From the NCBI GenBank assembly GCA_028527945.1, contig JAQQAK010000197.1, forward strand, positions 1-42,137: a stretch of 42,137 bases of DNA. The letters run 5' to 3'. A model generated the notes under the pieces. The model was not told the DNA's origin. It saw only the letters and a list, made by a program, of their open reading frames with translations, and ran no database searches. The DNA comes from Spirochaetaceae bacterium (GTDB lineage Bacteria; Spirochaetota; Spirochaetia; UBA9216). Positions 9,420 to 19,161 of the stretch are shown here, one piece after another. Made by a program: the position numbers and the translations under genes. Each line of letters starts with the position of its first letter. Within the stretch, counting starts at the first letter, position 1.

Positions 9420-11735
9420 TTAAAATTCATGTTTTAAACTTGTCATTGCTATAACCGCCTGTCCAAGGGCTATAGCTCCATCGTTAGGCGGTGTCAGGCT
9501 GTGAAGCAGAACCTTGAAACCTTTCTTTTCAAGACTTAATACACACAAGGATGTAAGAAGCTTGTTCTGAAATACACCTCCACTCAACGCGCATGTATTT
9601 AGTCCAGTGCTGTCGCGGGATATCTTGCATCCCTCTGTAATCATTTCAGATAGAACTGAATGAAATTCAAACGCGAGCTGTTCCTTTTCTATTCCAGCAA
9701 GAACGGAATCGGTTATATGTCTAAAGAGCAGATCTGTGCTTAGCTCAAATTTTCTACCGTTTTTCGAGAGCATTTTCTTTGCCCATTCTTTTACGGGAGA
9801 TTTTGCTCCTTTAAAGTTTTCTGCCGCAAACTGCAAGGCCATAGCCGCTTCCCCTTCAAATGTTGAACATTTTTTTATAGAAAGAACTGCGCTTACAGCA
9901 TCAAAAAGTCTTCCGGAGCTTGTGGAGCTAACAGTATTAATGCCTCTATCTATTATTGCTCTTTGAATATTCATCTCTTTCTTTGTGCAGAGCTTAAGGC
10001 TGTTAATTATTTCTTCAGATTCATTTCCGTAAATTTGACATAGCATTGAGACGGCGATTTTCCATCCTTCTCTTGCTGAAGAATCTCCGCCGGGCTGAGT
10101 GAATGGGCAGATACTACCAAGCCTTTCAAAATCCCTGTAAGAAGCCCTGAGGAATTCTCCTCCCCATATACTTCCGTCTGTTCCATATCCGGTACCGTCA
10201 AAACATACGCCTATAACATCTTCCTTATAATTATTTTCTGCCATGCAGGAGGCTACGTGTGCCCAGTGGTGCTGTACCCTGATAACTGGAATATTCAGTT
10301 TTTCAGCAACCATGACCGAATTATATCCGGGATGTAAATCACAGGCTGCGATCTGTGGTTCTGCTTCAAGAAGTCCTTTCATTCTTGTTATGGACTCTTT
10401 AAGAGCAGTAATTGTTCGTATGTCTGAAAGATCTCCGACATACGGCGATAGATAAAAAAGATTGCCTTTTCCTATGCAGAATGAATTTTTCAATTCTCCG
10501 CCAATTCCTATAACCTGGCCGTTTAAGGTTTCTGACAACAGAAAAGGAAGGGGGGCGTAGCCACGAGATCGGCGAATCATATACGGTTTATGTTGAAAAA
10601 AGTCCATCACTGAATCATCAGCGCGAAGCAATATTCTTCGGTTATTAGAAAGTATTAGATCGCAGAAGCTTCTAATTTCGGAAATTGCGTCTTTGTCATT
10701 TCGGCAGATGGGCGCTCCTGATACATTACCGCTTGTCATAAGAAGGCAGTCAGTCATTTTTATATTATCATCGTATTCAAAAAGGAGCATATGTACCGGA
10801 GTGTACGGCAACATAACGCCTACAGTCGGATTATCTGGAGCAATTTGATTGCATAAGCTGCTATTAGCTTTCTTTGGTAACAGAATTATTGGTTTTTCAT
10901 GACCTGTAAGTATTTTTTCCTGCTCAGGTAGTATTGCACATTCTCTTTTTGCGGTATCTATATCGCGGAGCATAACTGCAAAGGGTTTAGTAGGGCGGTT
11001 TTTAAGACGTCGTAGACGGCTTACTGCCTTTTGATCTTTGGCATTGCAGCATAGGAGAAACCCTCCTATTCCTTTAACAGCTATAATCTTTCCTTCCATT
11101 ATTGCTTTTCTGGCTGTAGTTATGGCTTCACGATTTTTTTCTTTTTGACCTATAATATACAGTTCCGGGCCGCAGCTGTTGCAGCATACTGGTTGGGCGT
11201 CATACCTTCTTGTTTCAGAATGAGTGTATTCATATTCGCATTCATCGCACATTGGAAAGTCCGCCATGGTTGTTCGCTCTCTGTCGTATGGAAGAGATTC
11301 AAGGATGGTAAGTCTCGGCCCACAATTAGTACAGTTTATAAAAGGATGAAGGTAGCGCCTGTTGTTTTTGTCAAAGAGTTCCTCCCTGCATTTGTCGCAT
11401 GTTGCTATATCCGGAGATACAAAAATATCTCCACTTTCTTTCTTGCTATCTATTATTCTAAAACTATCAAAGAGTTCTTCTGTGGAATCATTGATTTCTA
11501 TTTTTATTATTGCTGACCTCTCCGGAGGAGTTTTTCTTAGCGCTTCTAAAAGACCTTTGATAGCAGATTCAGAGCCTTGTGCTTTTATCTCGACAAAAGA
11601 CCCTTTGTTTGCTACCCAGCCCTTTATTCCCAGTGCGCAGGCTGTTTTACTGACAAAGGGTCTAAATCCTACTCCTTGTACAATACCGTAAACACGAATA
11701 ACACGGGCAGCTGTAGCTATTAATTCCGCCTTCAT
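9420..11735 (-). CDS. hypF: Carbamoyltransferase HypF
   Basis: The 771-aa protein has an N-terminal acylphosphatase domain (VQGVGFRPF) and two CxxC...CxxC zinc-finger pairs (CDKC..CTNC, CDEC..CNSC). YrdC-like and Kae1-like C-terminal regions follow. The ATG overlaps the stop of the upstream nitrogenase-like gene (ATGA at 11732-11735). Confidence 0.93.
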   Translation of the reverse strand: MKAELIATAARVIRVYGIVQGVGFRPFVSKTACALGIKGWVANKGSFVEIKAQGSESAIKGLLEALRKTPPERSAIIKIEINDSTEELFDSFRIIDSKKESGDIFVSPDIATCDKCREELFDKNNRRYLHPFINCTNCGPRLTILESLPYDRERTTMADFPMCDECEYEYTHSETRRYDAQPVCCNSCGPELYIIGQKEKNREAITTARKAIMEGKIIAVKGIGGFLLCCNAKDQKAVSRLRRLKNRPTKPFAVMLRDIDTAKRECAILPEQEKILTGHEKPIILLPKKANSSLCNQIAPDNPTVGVMLPYTPVHMLLFEYDDNIKMTDCLLMTSGNVSGAPICRNDKDAISEIRSFCDLILSNNRRILLRADDSVMDFFQHKPYMIRRSRGYAPLPFLLSETLNGQVIGIGGELKNSFCIGKGNLFYLSPYVGDLSDIRTITALKESITRMKGLLEAEPQIAACDLHPGYNSVMVAEKLNIPVIRVQHHWAHVASCMAENNYKEDVIGVCFDGTGYGTDGSIWGGEFLRASYRDFERLGSICPFTQPGGDSSAREGWKIAVSMLCQIYGNESEEIINSLKLCTKKEMNIQRAIIDRGINTVSSTSSGRLFDAVSAVLSIKKCSTFEGEAAMALQFAAENFKGAKSPVKEWAKKMLSKNGRKFELSTDLLFRHITDSVLAGIEKEQLAFEFHSVLSEMITEGCKISRDSTGLNTCALSGGVFQNKLLTSLCVLSLEKKGFKVLLHSLTPPNDGAIALGQAVIAMTSLKHEF

Positions 11736-12778
11736 TTTTCAAGCCTTCCAGATACCGCAAAATGTGGAAAGTCAATAAATCGTCCATTATATTTTTTCAT
11801 TACACGCCTGAAAATTTCATCTCCAATAACTACATCATAATCTCCACTTTCTAAAATTCCTTTAAGCTGATCCTCTTCTGTAAGTCTGAAATCATGCTCT
11901 TGCATCAGGCTCTCTTTCAGCATAAACCATGACGCTACGGTGATATCAGCTTCTGTTTTTTTCAAGATTAAATCTCTAACACTATTGGCCGCTACCTGTT
12001 GGTGAATTATCAGTATTTTTTTCCCCTTTAATTCATAGAGCTCTTTTTGAAGGCTTTCCGGGATGGGTATGATATTAGTGATATAAGGAGTTCCAAATTT
12101 TTCTTTAAGGTATTCTGCTGCCTTAAGCCCCGATGGGGAAACTACAATATTTTTTTCTACTGCCGAAGCCTTTTTTATAAATTCAAGTCCGCTTCCCATT
12201 CCATAACAGGTTGTGTTTTTCCATCCTCTATTTTCTAAATATACTGTTATATTTTTTTCAGCTTCCAGGTTGCTGAAATCAAGAGGTGTTGCACCTATCA
12301 CGCCTGCACTTCCTTTCTTTACTGGTAGTTGTTCGACACTGAAGGTTTTAAAAAGCTCCAGATACGCTTGTTCTGCGCCCTCGTCATAATATCTGGTTCC
12401 GGTTGTTTCTATTGTTATAGACGGCAGTCCTGTGCGTTTTTCAGCCATTCGTTTCAAAGCCTTGAAGTCTGTAGCTATTACCGCCGGAACAGGGGTTCCT
12501 ACAAGGGTTGTGAAGTCTACATTTGTTTTGGACGCTGCATCCTGAAGTTTTTCAATAAGTTTGTCATCACGCCCAAGGATAGCATCTATATCGCGGAGTC
12601 CTGCACTAAAAATAGCGCTTTTTTTATGAAACCACCGCGGTTCATCAAATCCACATATATTTCCGGTACATCCTCCCGCGTCACAGATTACTGTAAGACC
12701 ACCAAGCTCGTATAAAACTGACACTGCGCCAGAAAGATCCGGAGCAAAGGGAGACAGCCGCTTTAAAAGATTATTCAT
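11732..12778 (-). CDS. Nitrogenase component-1-type oxidoreductase subunit, beta (NifK/NifN)-like, cassette 2
   Basis: It lies after a NifH-like/NifD-like pair. It shares N-terminal motifs with the 14869..16020 paralogue (SGxxSxLYELGGxTVxxDAxGC and DEPRW). At 348 aa it is shorter than canonical NifK/NifN. Confidence 0.7.
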   Translation of the reverse strand: MNNLLKRLSPFAPDLSGAVSVLYELGGLTVICDAGGCTGNICGFDEPRWFHKKSAIFSAGLRDIDAILGRDDKLIEKLQDAASKTNVDFTTLVGTPVPAVIATDFKALKRMAEKRTGLPSITIETTGTRYYDEGAEQAYLELFKTFSVEQLPVKKGSAGVIGATPLDFSNLEAEKNITVYLENRGWKNTTCYGMGSGLEFIKKASAVEKNIVVSPSGLKAAEYLKEKFGTPYITNIIPIPESLQKELYELKGKKILIIHQQVAANSVRDLILKKTEADITVASWFMLKESLMQEHDFRLTEEDQLKGILESGDYDVVIGDEIFRRVMKKYNGRFIDFPHFAVSGRLEK

Positions 12779-14072
12779 TTATTATTCCTCCTGACAAAGC
12801 TGTATTGAGACTTGTAAAAAGTCTTTTAACTCCTGAGTAACCAAACGGTTGGCGTTCTTCGTTCCAGTAGATTCCAGGACATTCTGAATGGTAATAGGCC
12901 GCGTCCTGGCCTATGAAGGCGTCTGCGTCTGAGTTTTCAGCGCTATGGTAGAGCATTGTTGGAGACAGGTTTGAATAGATTCTTGTTTCCGGACTTATAT
13001 CCGAAATCTTCTTTATATATGCGAAGTTTATCTCGCCTGCCGTCCCATAAATATCGGAGACTGAAAATCCGTAACGTATTAATGCCAGAGATAATTCAAA
13101 TGGATCCGCGTTTACCCATTCACCTACCGCAAATATACGATTACTATGCTTTTTGTAGCATTCCTCTATAGCTGAAAGGGCTTCGTCATAGTATTTTTGA
13201 TCATCAAACTTTATTCCGGCAGCCTCTCCAAATAGTTTATATTGAGTTTGAATTTTGTCGATCTGATACATTCTGTTTAATTCTATACCAGGAATTTCCA
13301 GTCTGTCTGCCATATCCTGTGCAGCGTATCTTGCCTCCTGATTAAGAATCAGATTAAAGTTTGCTTCGGACATCTTCATGTATTCATTAAAATTTTCACA
13401 TCTGGAAATTTCCCGGATTTGAGTGACACCCGCTTTTTTAAGCATGGTGTAGAGTTCACATTCATCATCAATAGGAGAAAAATATCCAAGCAGGTTAACC
13501 GATGTCGGCTTTTTGGGAGTAGGCTCAAGAAGAGAATAGATCGATTTTCTTACCGCGGCCATTGGAGGGAGCCTCCCTTCTCTAGTAAGGGCGTACATAT
13601 AGCATGGCAGAACTGGAATGCCCACAAATGCTGAGGCCTTCCGACATACCCGTTCCATATCGGTACCAAGAAGGGCGTCTACACATGTTATACAGATCAT
13701 AACAACAGATGGTGGTTGTTCACATGCTTCGCAAACTTCTTTAACGGCCTCTGGTATCTTTGAAAGATGGCGTCCTGTTACAATATCCGTTTCATCCATC
13801 AGCATATAGAAGAACTTGTCGGAATCGCCTTCTTTTCCTCCAGCCAATGTGGTGTTTCTTCCACAGCAGGCCGGAGCCGCAAGTAACATAACAGACCCTG
13901 GAATAGACAGCCCCGCGCGTTTGACTCCAAATCCCTGAGCACCAGGAGAATTAAAGGCTAGGGTTGCCGGAGAGCTGTAGATCATATGAGCTGAAGACTG
14001 AAGTTCTGCAGGAATATTATCCTGCCCCAAAGCCGCAAGTTGTTTTGCTGTGATGCTGTAAACATTATTCAT
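12771..14072 (-). CDS. Nitrogenase component-1-type oxidoreductase subunit, alpha (NifD/NifE)-like, cassette 2
   Basis: The size (~434 aa) and position after the NifH-like gene fit an alpha-like subunit. Cys-containing motifs are [16 protein letters not shown] and [10 protein letters not shown]. It is a paralogue of 16017..17348. I chose the ATG at 14072, preceded by GGAGG at 5-nt spacing; an alternative ATG lies at 14087. Confidence 0.7.
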   Translation of the reverse strand: MNNVYSITAKQLAALGQDNIPAELQSSAHMIYSSPATLAFNSPGAQGFGVKRAGLSIPGSVMLLAAPACCGRNTTLAGGKEGDSDKFFYMLMDETDIVTGRHLSKIPEAVKEVCEACEQPPSVVMICITCVDALLGTDMERVCRKASAFVGIPVLPCYMYALTREGRLPPMAAVRKSIYSLLEPTPKKPTSVNLLGYFSPIDDECELYTMLKKAGVTQIREISRCENFNEYMKMSEANFNLILNQEARYAAQDMADRLEIPGIELNRMYQIDKIQTQYKLFGEAAGIKFDDQKYYDEALSAIEECYKKHSNRIFAVGEWVNADPFELSLALIRYGFSVSDIYGTAGEINFAYIKKISDISPETRIYSNLSPTMLYHSAENSDADAFIGQDAAYYHSECPGIYWNEERQPFGYSGVKRLFTSLNTALSGGIINE

Positions 14073-14829
14073 TAGAGCCTCCGTCATTAATAAACTGCTC
14101 TGCCAGTTTCAGGAATATCTGGCTTACATGAAGCATTTTGTCTCCCTCTATAACGGTTTTTCCCATATCCTCATAGCGGATAATGTCGTCACTTCTTGGT
14201 ATATCAGCTATGATAGGGAGTCCGGCTTTATTAGCGAAATCAGTAACCTTTTCCTCTTCCCTTTCAACACTTCTCCGGTTCATCACAATTCCCTTAACCT
14301 TTGCGTAGCCACGATCTTCGAAGTTGTTTACTGCTGTGTTTATATTGTTTGCGGCATACAAGGCCATTTTTTCTCCTGACGTTACAATAATAATCTCCGA
14401 GGCATAGCCCTCACGTATTGGGGCCGCAAATCCACCACATACAACGTCTCCTAGCACATCATATAAAACAACATCGGGCTGATACTTCTTAAATAGTTTA
14501 AGATCCTCAAGAAGGCTGAATGTTGTAATTATTCCCCGTCCAGCGCATCCCAGACCAGGAGTAGGGCCGCCTGTTTCTATGCATAGAATCCCTTTGAACC
14601 CTTCCTTTGCAATATCTTCTATTTTTTCAGGTTCCCGGTCATATTCGCGTAAATAATTCATAACTGGCATAACAGGATTGCCGTTAAGCAGGTTTGTTGT
14701 AGAGTCAGCTTTTGGATCACATCCTATCTGAATTACTTTCTTGCCAAGAGCCGCAAAGGAGGCGGCAAGGTTGCTTGTAATAGTTGACTTTCCTATTCCG
14801 CCCTTTCCGTAAACAGCAATCTTTATCAT
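14065..14829 (-). CDS. NifH/BchL/CfbC-family ATPase ([4Fe-4S] reductase component), copy 2
   Basis: It carries P-loop GKGGIGKS and switch I CDPKADST, plus both cluster-ligand cysteine motifs (GCAGRGI and GDVVCGGF). Length is 254 aa. SD GGAGGA lies upstream. Confidence 0.9.
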   Translation of the reverse strand: MIKIAVYGKGGIGKSTITSNLAASFAALGKKVIQIGCDPKADSTTNLLNGNPVMPVMNYLREYDREPEKIEDIAKEGFKGILCIETGGPTPGLGCAGRGIITTFSLLEDLKLFKKYQPDVVLYDVLGDVVCGGFAAPIREGYASEIIIVTSGEKMALYAANNINTAVNNFEDRGYAKVKGIVMNRRSVEREEEKVTDFANKAGLPIIADIPRSDDIIRYEDMGKTVIEGDKMLHVSQIFLKLAEQFINDGGSNE

Positions 14830-14868
14830 AGTTCCTCCAGTATTTGTTTCTTTATATTCATAGGCACT

Positions 14869-16020
14869 TTAAATATCTCTAAAAACTGTAGCTTTTAGAG
14901 ATTCCTTTATCATATTGGGTATTTCGCTTCGATAGCATCTTCCGGAGAAGGCCTCATGCGGAAGTCGGTAAAACGGTACATCATTAGGGCAGATGGGCTT
15001 ATAAAGGGGGTCTGCTATAATTCCGGATGCAAGAGCAAGCTCTTTTTCCGCGCTTTCTTCGTCCGGAATTTCACCATCACTTTCTGCCTGCAATTCAGTT
15101 GATGTTTCAAGCGGACATAAAACCCTTGCCGTCTTTCCGTATTCCAGCTCAATAGCGCGTGCTAACGAACCGGAATAAATGCTTTCACCTACTATTGAAA
15201 GATTGCTCCCGTTTGTAAAACGTTCTGAACTCGGAAAGAGGTTTTCTTTGTTTTTTGAAGCTGTTCTCAATTTATCTGCGAGAACTCCAGCAAACTTTTG
15301 ACCGAATGGGACTCCGGTAACATATGGTGTTCCGAATCTCTTTTTCAACAGTTTTGCCGCGGAAAGCCCACTGTATGATATAACCAGATTTACACTGGCT
15401 CCGGCGGCGTTTTTTATATCTTCAAGGCTGCTTCCCATTCCCATACAGGAGACTGTGCTAAACCCCTCCGTGTAAAGCCATTGTTTTATAGATTTGATAC
15501 TTCCGTTTACAGAGAAATCAAGCGGTGTTGCACCCAGTATATTTACAGAATCTTTTTTTTGCGGCATGTTATCTTCTTTACAGAAGCGATTTATTATTGC
15601 CTCGAATGCTTCTGAGGCTCCTTTTAAATAAGAATGCATTCCATTTGTCTGTATACAAAAAGAAGGTATACCTGTGTTTTCTTCTATTTCTATAGCTAAT
15701 GCCTGATAATCTGTTCCAATCATCATTGCTACGGGAGCTCCACATAGGGCAATGAATTTGGGCGAAAGCTTACTTGCTGTTTCTGTAATATCTGAAACCA
15801 GCTTTGCATCATCCCCCATTATTGCCTCAGTTTCTGTGAGGGCGGAAATGTATACCATGCTGTCAATATCGTACCACCTTGGTTCATCGTGTGTTGTATA
15901 TGTCGAGTTGCATCCTGAAGCGTCATGAACTACTGTCATGCCTCCCAATTCATAGAGGGCAGAGCACACACCAGAGGTGTCTGCCGCGTATATTGGTATA
16001 ATTCTTGCGCTATGTTTCAT
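14869..16020 (-). CDS. Nitrogenase component-1-type oxidoreductase subunit, beta (NifK/NifN)-like, cassette 1
   Basis: It is a paralogue of 11732..12778 with the same N-terminal motifs (SGVCSALYELGGMTVVHDASGC, DEPRW). The ATG at 16020 overlaps the upstream stop (ATGA); the ORF-track start at 16026 is a TTG codon. Confidence 0.7.
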   Translation of the reverse strand: MKHSARIIPIYAADTSGVCSALYELGGMTVVHDASGCNSTYTTHDEPRWYDIDSMVYISALTETEAIMGDDAKLVSDITETASKLSPKFIALCGAPVAMMIGTDYQALAIEIEENTGIPSFCIQTNGMHSYLKGASEAFEAIINRFCKEDNMPQKKDSVNILGATPLDFSVNGSIKSIKQWLYTEGFSTVSCMGMGSSLEDIKNAAGASVNLVISYSGLSAAKLLKKRFGTPYVTGVPFGQKFAGVLADKLRTASKNKENLFPSSERFTNGSNLSIVGESIYSGSLARAIELEYGKTARVLCPLETSTELQAESDGEIPDEESAEKELALASGIIADPLYKPICPNDVPFYRLPHEAFSGRCYRSEIPNMIKESLKATVFRDI

Positions 16021-17348
16021 AAGCAACTCTCACATCCAAGCCCCTTATAGCTTATTAGCTCTTTTGTTTTTTTTGGCTTAAGGCTGGCCTCTATCATCAT
16101 TTCTGCTAACCGGATTATTCCGCTAAAACCGTATAGCCCTCCACCTGAGACTATGTTGACAAAATATGGTGTATTATTGAAATAGGCTGCTTTTTGACCT
16201 ATTGCAAGAACCTTTCTTTCTGGAATTTCTTTTTTAAGAAAACGCTTTTCAGGATGAACCGTTGAAGCTAATAAAATATTAGGCGCATGTTCTTTCAACC
16301 AAATAAAGTCTTCTTCTTCAGTAGCCACAAAGGCCTCGGAATAAATTTTTTCTACTCTAAAACTGTGTTCTGTCAGCAGCCTTGCCAAGCTTATTGGGCG
16401 TGGAGTCGCTGTGTAATCTATTGTTATGGGAAGATTTCCTATTTCTGTATGAGCCGCCTCAAGAGCCTTTTCTGCCTTTCTTATATCTTCTGAAAAATCC
16501 GGTATTTTCATATCTAATTCTACAGAAAGTCGTTTAAAATTCTCTGTTATTTCATGATATGAATAGCTTAAAGGTATATGCAGGTGTCTCTGTCCAAGGC
16601 GCCGTTCAAGTTCCTCTCCAGCAGCATAGGTTGTTGGAAGATATGTAATATTTACAGCACTCTCGGCCATATTAAGAAAGGCCTTGTAGCTTTTGCAGTT
16701 TGTAATGTCTTTTATCACAAAGCTGCTTTTTTTTATCATTGTAATAAGTCTACCTGATTGATCTGTCGGTCTATCATTTCCAATTATATTGATGCTTTTG
16801 CTGTTTTTAGGCACAGGTTTTAGCGGGCTATAGAGTTGTTTACGCATCAGGGCATCCGGAGTAAGACCACTCTTTCGCATAGTAGGAGTCATATAGCTTT
16901 CAATAAAGTCTACAGTTGGAAATCTTTTTTCAAGCTCTTTAAGCGTTATAGCAAAATCGCAGCATGCAAAAAGATGTACACAGCTTAAAAAAACTAATAC
17001 AACAGGAGGCAACGTTTCCATTTTATTCAAGATTTCTGTAGTTCCATTTACAATATCGTCTTCAAGACTCGCATCAAGAAAGTCGTTTTCACAGATTGAA
17101 ACCCATGACATCCTGTCCATGGCGTTCATTTCGGCAGCTGTTAAAATTACTCCACGAAGGCAGCCCTGTGCGCATATAAAAATTTGATGCGATTCAGGGA
17201 TAAGCATCCCTGTATGCACTATATTCCATGTTCCTCTTGCCGGAGCATTGTATTCCAGGCCTGTAATAAATGGTTCAGGAAAGGCTGCCTTTGCAATACT
17301 TATCTCAGGGGCTTTAGTTTCATTAATAGTTTTAAGACTTTTCAGCAT
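16017..17348 (-). CDS. Nitrogenase component-1-type oxidoreductase subunit, alpha (NifD/NifE)-like, cassette 1
   Basis: The 443-aa protein has Cys motifs [16 protein letters not shown] and [13 protein letters not shown]. Their arrangement resembles the three-Cys cluster-ligand pattern of NifD/NifE/BchN. It overlaps the NifH-like gene by 7 nt. Confidence 0.7.
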   Translation of the reverse strand: MLKSLKTINETKAPEISIAKAAFPEPFITGLEYNAPARGTWNIVHTGMLIPESHQIFICAQGCLRGVILTAAEMNAMDRMSWVSICENDFLDASLEDDIVNGTTEILNKMETLPPVVLVFLSCVHLFACCDFAITLKELEKRFPTVDFIESYMTPTMRKSGLTPDALMRKQLYSPLKPVPKNSKSINIIGNDRPTDQSGRLITMIKKSSFVIKDITNCKSYKAFLNMAESAVNITYLPTTYAAGEELERRLGQRHLHIPLSYSYHEITENFKRLSVELDMKIPDFSEDIRKAEKALEAAHTEIGNLPITIDYTATPRPISLARLLTEHSFRVEKIYSEAFVATEEEDFIWLKEHAPNILLASTVHPEKRFLKKEIPERKVLAIGQKAAYFNNTPYFVNIVSGGGLYGFSGIIRLAEMMIEASLKPKKTKELISYKGLGCESCL

Positions 17349-18109
17349 AATTGTTTCCTATAGTCAAGTTTCAGAAGCCTTTCCGCTATCTTCCTGTATT
17401 GTTTGGCCATTTCGCTTTCAGGAAAGGCTTCTATAACCGTCTTTCCGGTAAGTTCTGCTTCTTGAACGGTCGTGCTCCAGTCCAGCTTTCCTATAATTTT
17501 TGTTTCAAGATCTTCTGCGAGCTCTTTTACTTTAGCTGATTCATTTTTTACGTTACGGTTGTTTTGAATAAGTCCAGCAAGAGAGGCGTATCCTCTCCCC
17601 TGGAATCCCTCAACTGCCATAGCAATATTGGCCGCGGCATGAAGAGCCATATTTTCTCCCGATGTAATGATGAGAACCTTGTCTGTGTATCCTCCTCTCA
17701 TTGGCATAGAGAATCCCCCGCACACAACGTCTCCCAGAACGTCGTATAAAACTACATCCGGTTTGTATTTTTCGTACGCGCCCTTTTGAGCCAATTTCTC
17801 AAGAGCTGTAATAATTCCGCGTCCGGCACATCCTTTTCCAGGCATTGGCCCTCCCGCTTCAACACAAATAACATTACCAAAGCCCCGGCATACCATATCT
17901 TCCAAATCGAAATCGTTTTTATATTCTCTGACAAGCTCAAGAACAGTAGGTAGTTTTGTATTGGAATGAAGGCTTTTTGTAGAATCAGCCTTTGGATCAC
18001 AGCCTATCTGCATTACGCTGAGCCCTGTTTGTGAAAGTGCTGCTGCAATATTGGATGTAGTGGTGGACTTTCCTATTCCGCCTTTTCCATATACGGCTAT
18101 TTTAATCAT
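17342..18109 (-). CDS. NifH/BchL/CfbC-family ATPase ([4Fe-4S] reductase component), copy 1
   Basis: It carries P-loop [23 protein letters not shown] and GDVVCGGF. Length is 255 aa. The ATG overlaps the hydE stop (ATGA at 18106-18109). Confidence 0.9.
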   Translation of the reverse strand: MIKIAVYGKGGIGKSTTTSNIAAALSQTGLSVMQIGCDPKADSTKSLHSNTKLPTVLELVREYKNDFDLEDMVCRGFGNVICVEAGGPMPGKGCAGRGIITALEKLAQKGAYEKYKPDVVLYDVLGDVVCGGFSMPMRGGYTDKVLIITSGENMALHAAANIAMAVEGFQGRGYASLAGLIQNNRNVKNESAKVKELAEDLETKIIGKLDWSTTVQEAELTGKTVIEAFPESEMAKQYRKIAERLLKLDYRKQLC

Positions 18110-19161
18110 GAATTATTCCTTCCTTTATAATCACCTCTTGAGATTTTTATGTCATACCCGATAGACGACATCCGTTTGCGCAAATCTATCATGCATCTTG
18201 ATGTTTCAACGTCAGAGTTTTGTTTGTTGTTGTAAAGCATGTATTTGCCCCTGACCCGACTGGGGGATAGATTTGGCATAATAACGTTTGCTCCTGCAAG
18301 AATACCTTTTTCCCGTCCTTCAGGATCGATAGTTCCAAGGGCTGTTGTTGCCGGCAGTAGAACATCCGGCAGCATAATTCTGCAAAGGCTAAGAAAGAAT
18401 AAACTTGTCTCAAGGCTTCCGGTTTTTTCAGCAGCAAATGGGGTGTCCTTATGGGGGATAAAAGGGCCTATACCTATCATTTCAGGATTAAAGTTTGATA
18501 GAAACTCCATATCCTTAACCATACAGTCTATATTCTGGTAGGGAGCTCCTACTATAAAACCACAACCTGTTTGATAGCCTGTATCTTTCAAGTCCTGTAG
18601 ACAGCGCATACGGTTTTTCCATGACTGCTTAGCGGGGTGCAGTGCTTTGTAGTGTTTTTCATCTGCTGTTTCATGTCTAAGCAGGTAGCGGTCTGTTCCA
18701 GCTTTAAACAGGTTTGTGTAATCTTCCGGTTTCAGCTCTCCCACTGAAAGAGTTACTGCTGAATCCGGATATTTATTTTTAATTTCAGAAACAATATCTG
18801 CCAGTTTATCAGTTGTAAAATATGGATCTTCGCCGCTTTGAAGAACAAAGGTTCTAAATCCCTGGGAATGGCCCTTTTGGCAGCAGTTAAGGATATCTTC
18901 TTTCGATAGTCTGTATCTGCCTATTTTAGAATTGGAATGCCGTATTCCACAATAATAACAGTCATTTTTGCAAAAGTTTGAAAATTCTATTACGCCGCGT
19001 ATATATATACTTTTTCCAAATTTTTGTAATACGACAGTTCTGGCAATAAAAGCTGCATATGTTCTATCCTCTTCTATCCAGCTGGATAAAAGCTTTTTCC
19101 ATTCTGAAGAAGATAGCCTTTTTTCTTTATTAAGACGATCAATTAATTCCATATTATTCAC
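18106..19161 (-). CDS. hydE: [FeFe]-hydrogenase H-cluster radical SAM maturase HydE
   Basis: The protein is BioB-like and ~350 aa, with the radical SAM motif in the HydE-typical context [17 protein letters not shown]. It sits next to hydF and the aspartase-like gene, as in known hyd maturation clusters. The listed start is GTG at 19161; an alternative ATG lies at 19152. Confidence 0.82.
   Translation of the reverse strand: MNNMELIDRLNKEKRLSSSEWKKLLSSWIEEDRTYAAFIARTVVLQKFGKSIYIRGVIEFSNFCKNDCYYCGIRHSNSKIGRYRLSKEDILNCCQKGHSQGFRTFVLQSGEDPYFTTDKLADIVSEIKNKYPDSAVTLSVGELKPEDYTNLFKAGTDRYLLRHETADEKHYKALHPAKQSWKNRMRCLQDLKDTGYQTGCGFIVGAPYQNIDCMVKDMEFLSNFNPEMIGIGPFIPHKDTPFAAEKTGSLETSLFFLSLCRIMLPDVLLPATTALGTIDPEGREKGILAGANVIMPNLSPSRVRGKYMLYNNKQNSDVETSRCMIDLRKRMSSIGYDIKISRGDYKGRNNS

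Noticed and set aside
11145-11691. ORFs of 123 and 109 aa antisense to hypF, and similar antisense ORFs at 12329..12715 and 23142..23543
   Set aside because: They overlap strongly supported genes on the other strand, have low-complexity composition and show no start-site signals.
11732-18109. Interpretation as a conventional nitrogen-fixation (nifHDK plus nifEN) locus
   Set aside because: No nifB, nifV, nifX, nifQ, glnB-like or Mo/V/Fe-cofactor genes are present. The beta-like subunits are much shorter than NifK/NifN. There are two NifH-like genes rather than one. The flanking genes are hydrogenase maturases. I therefore call it only nitrogenase-like.
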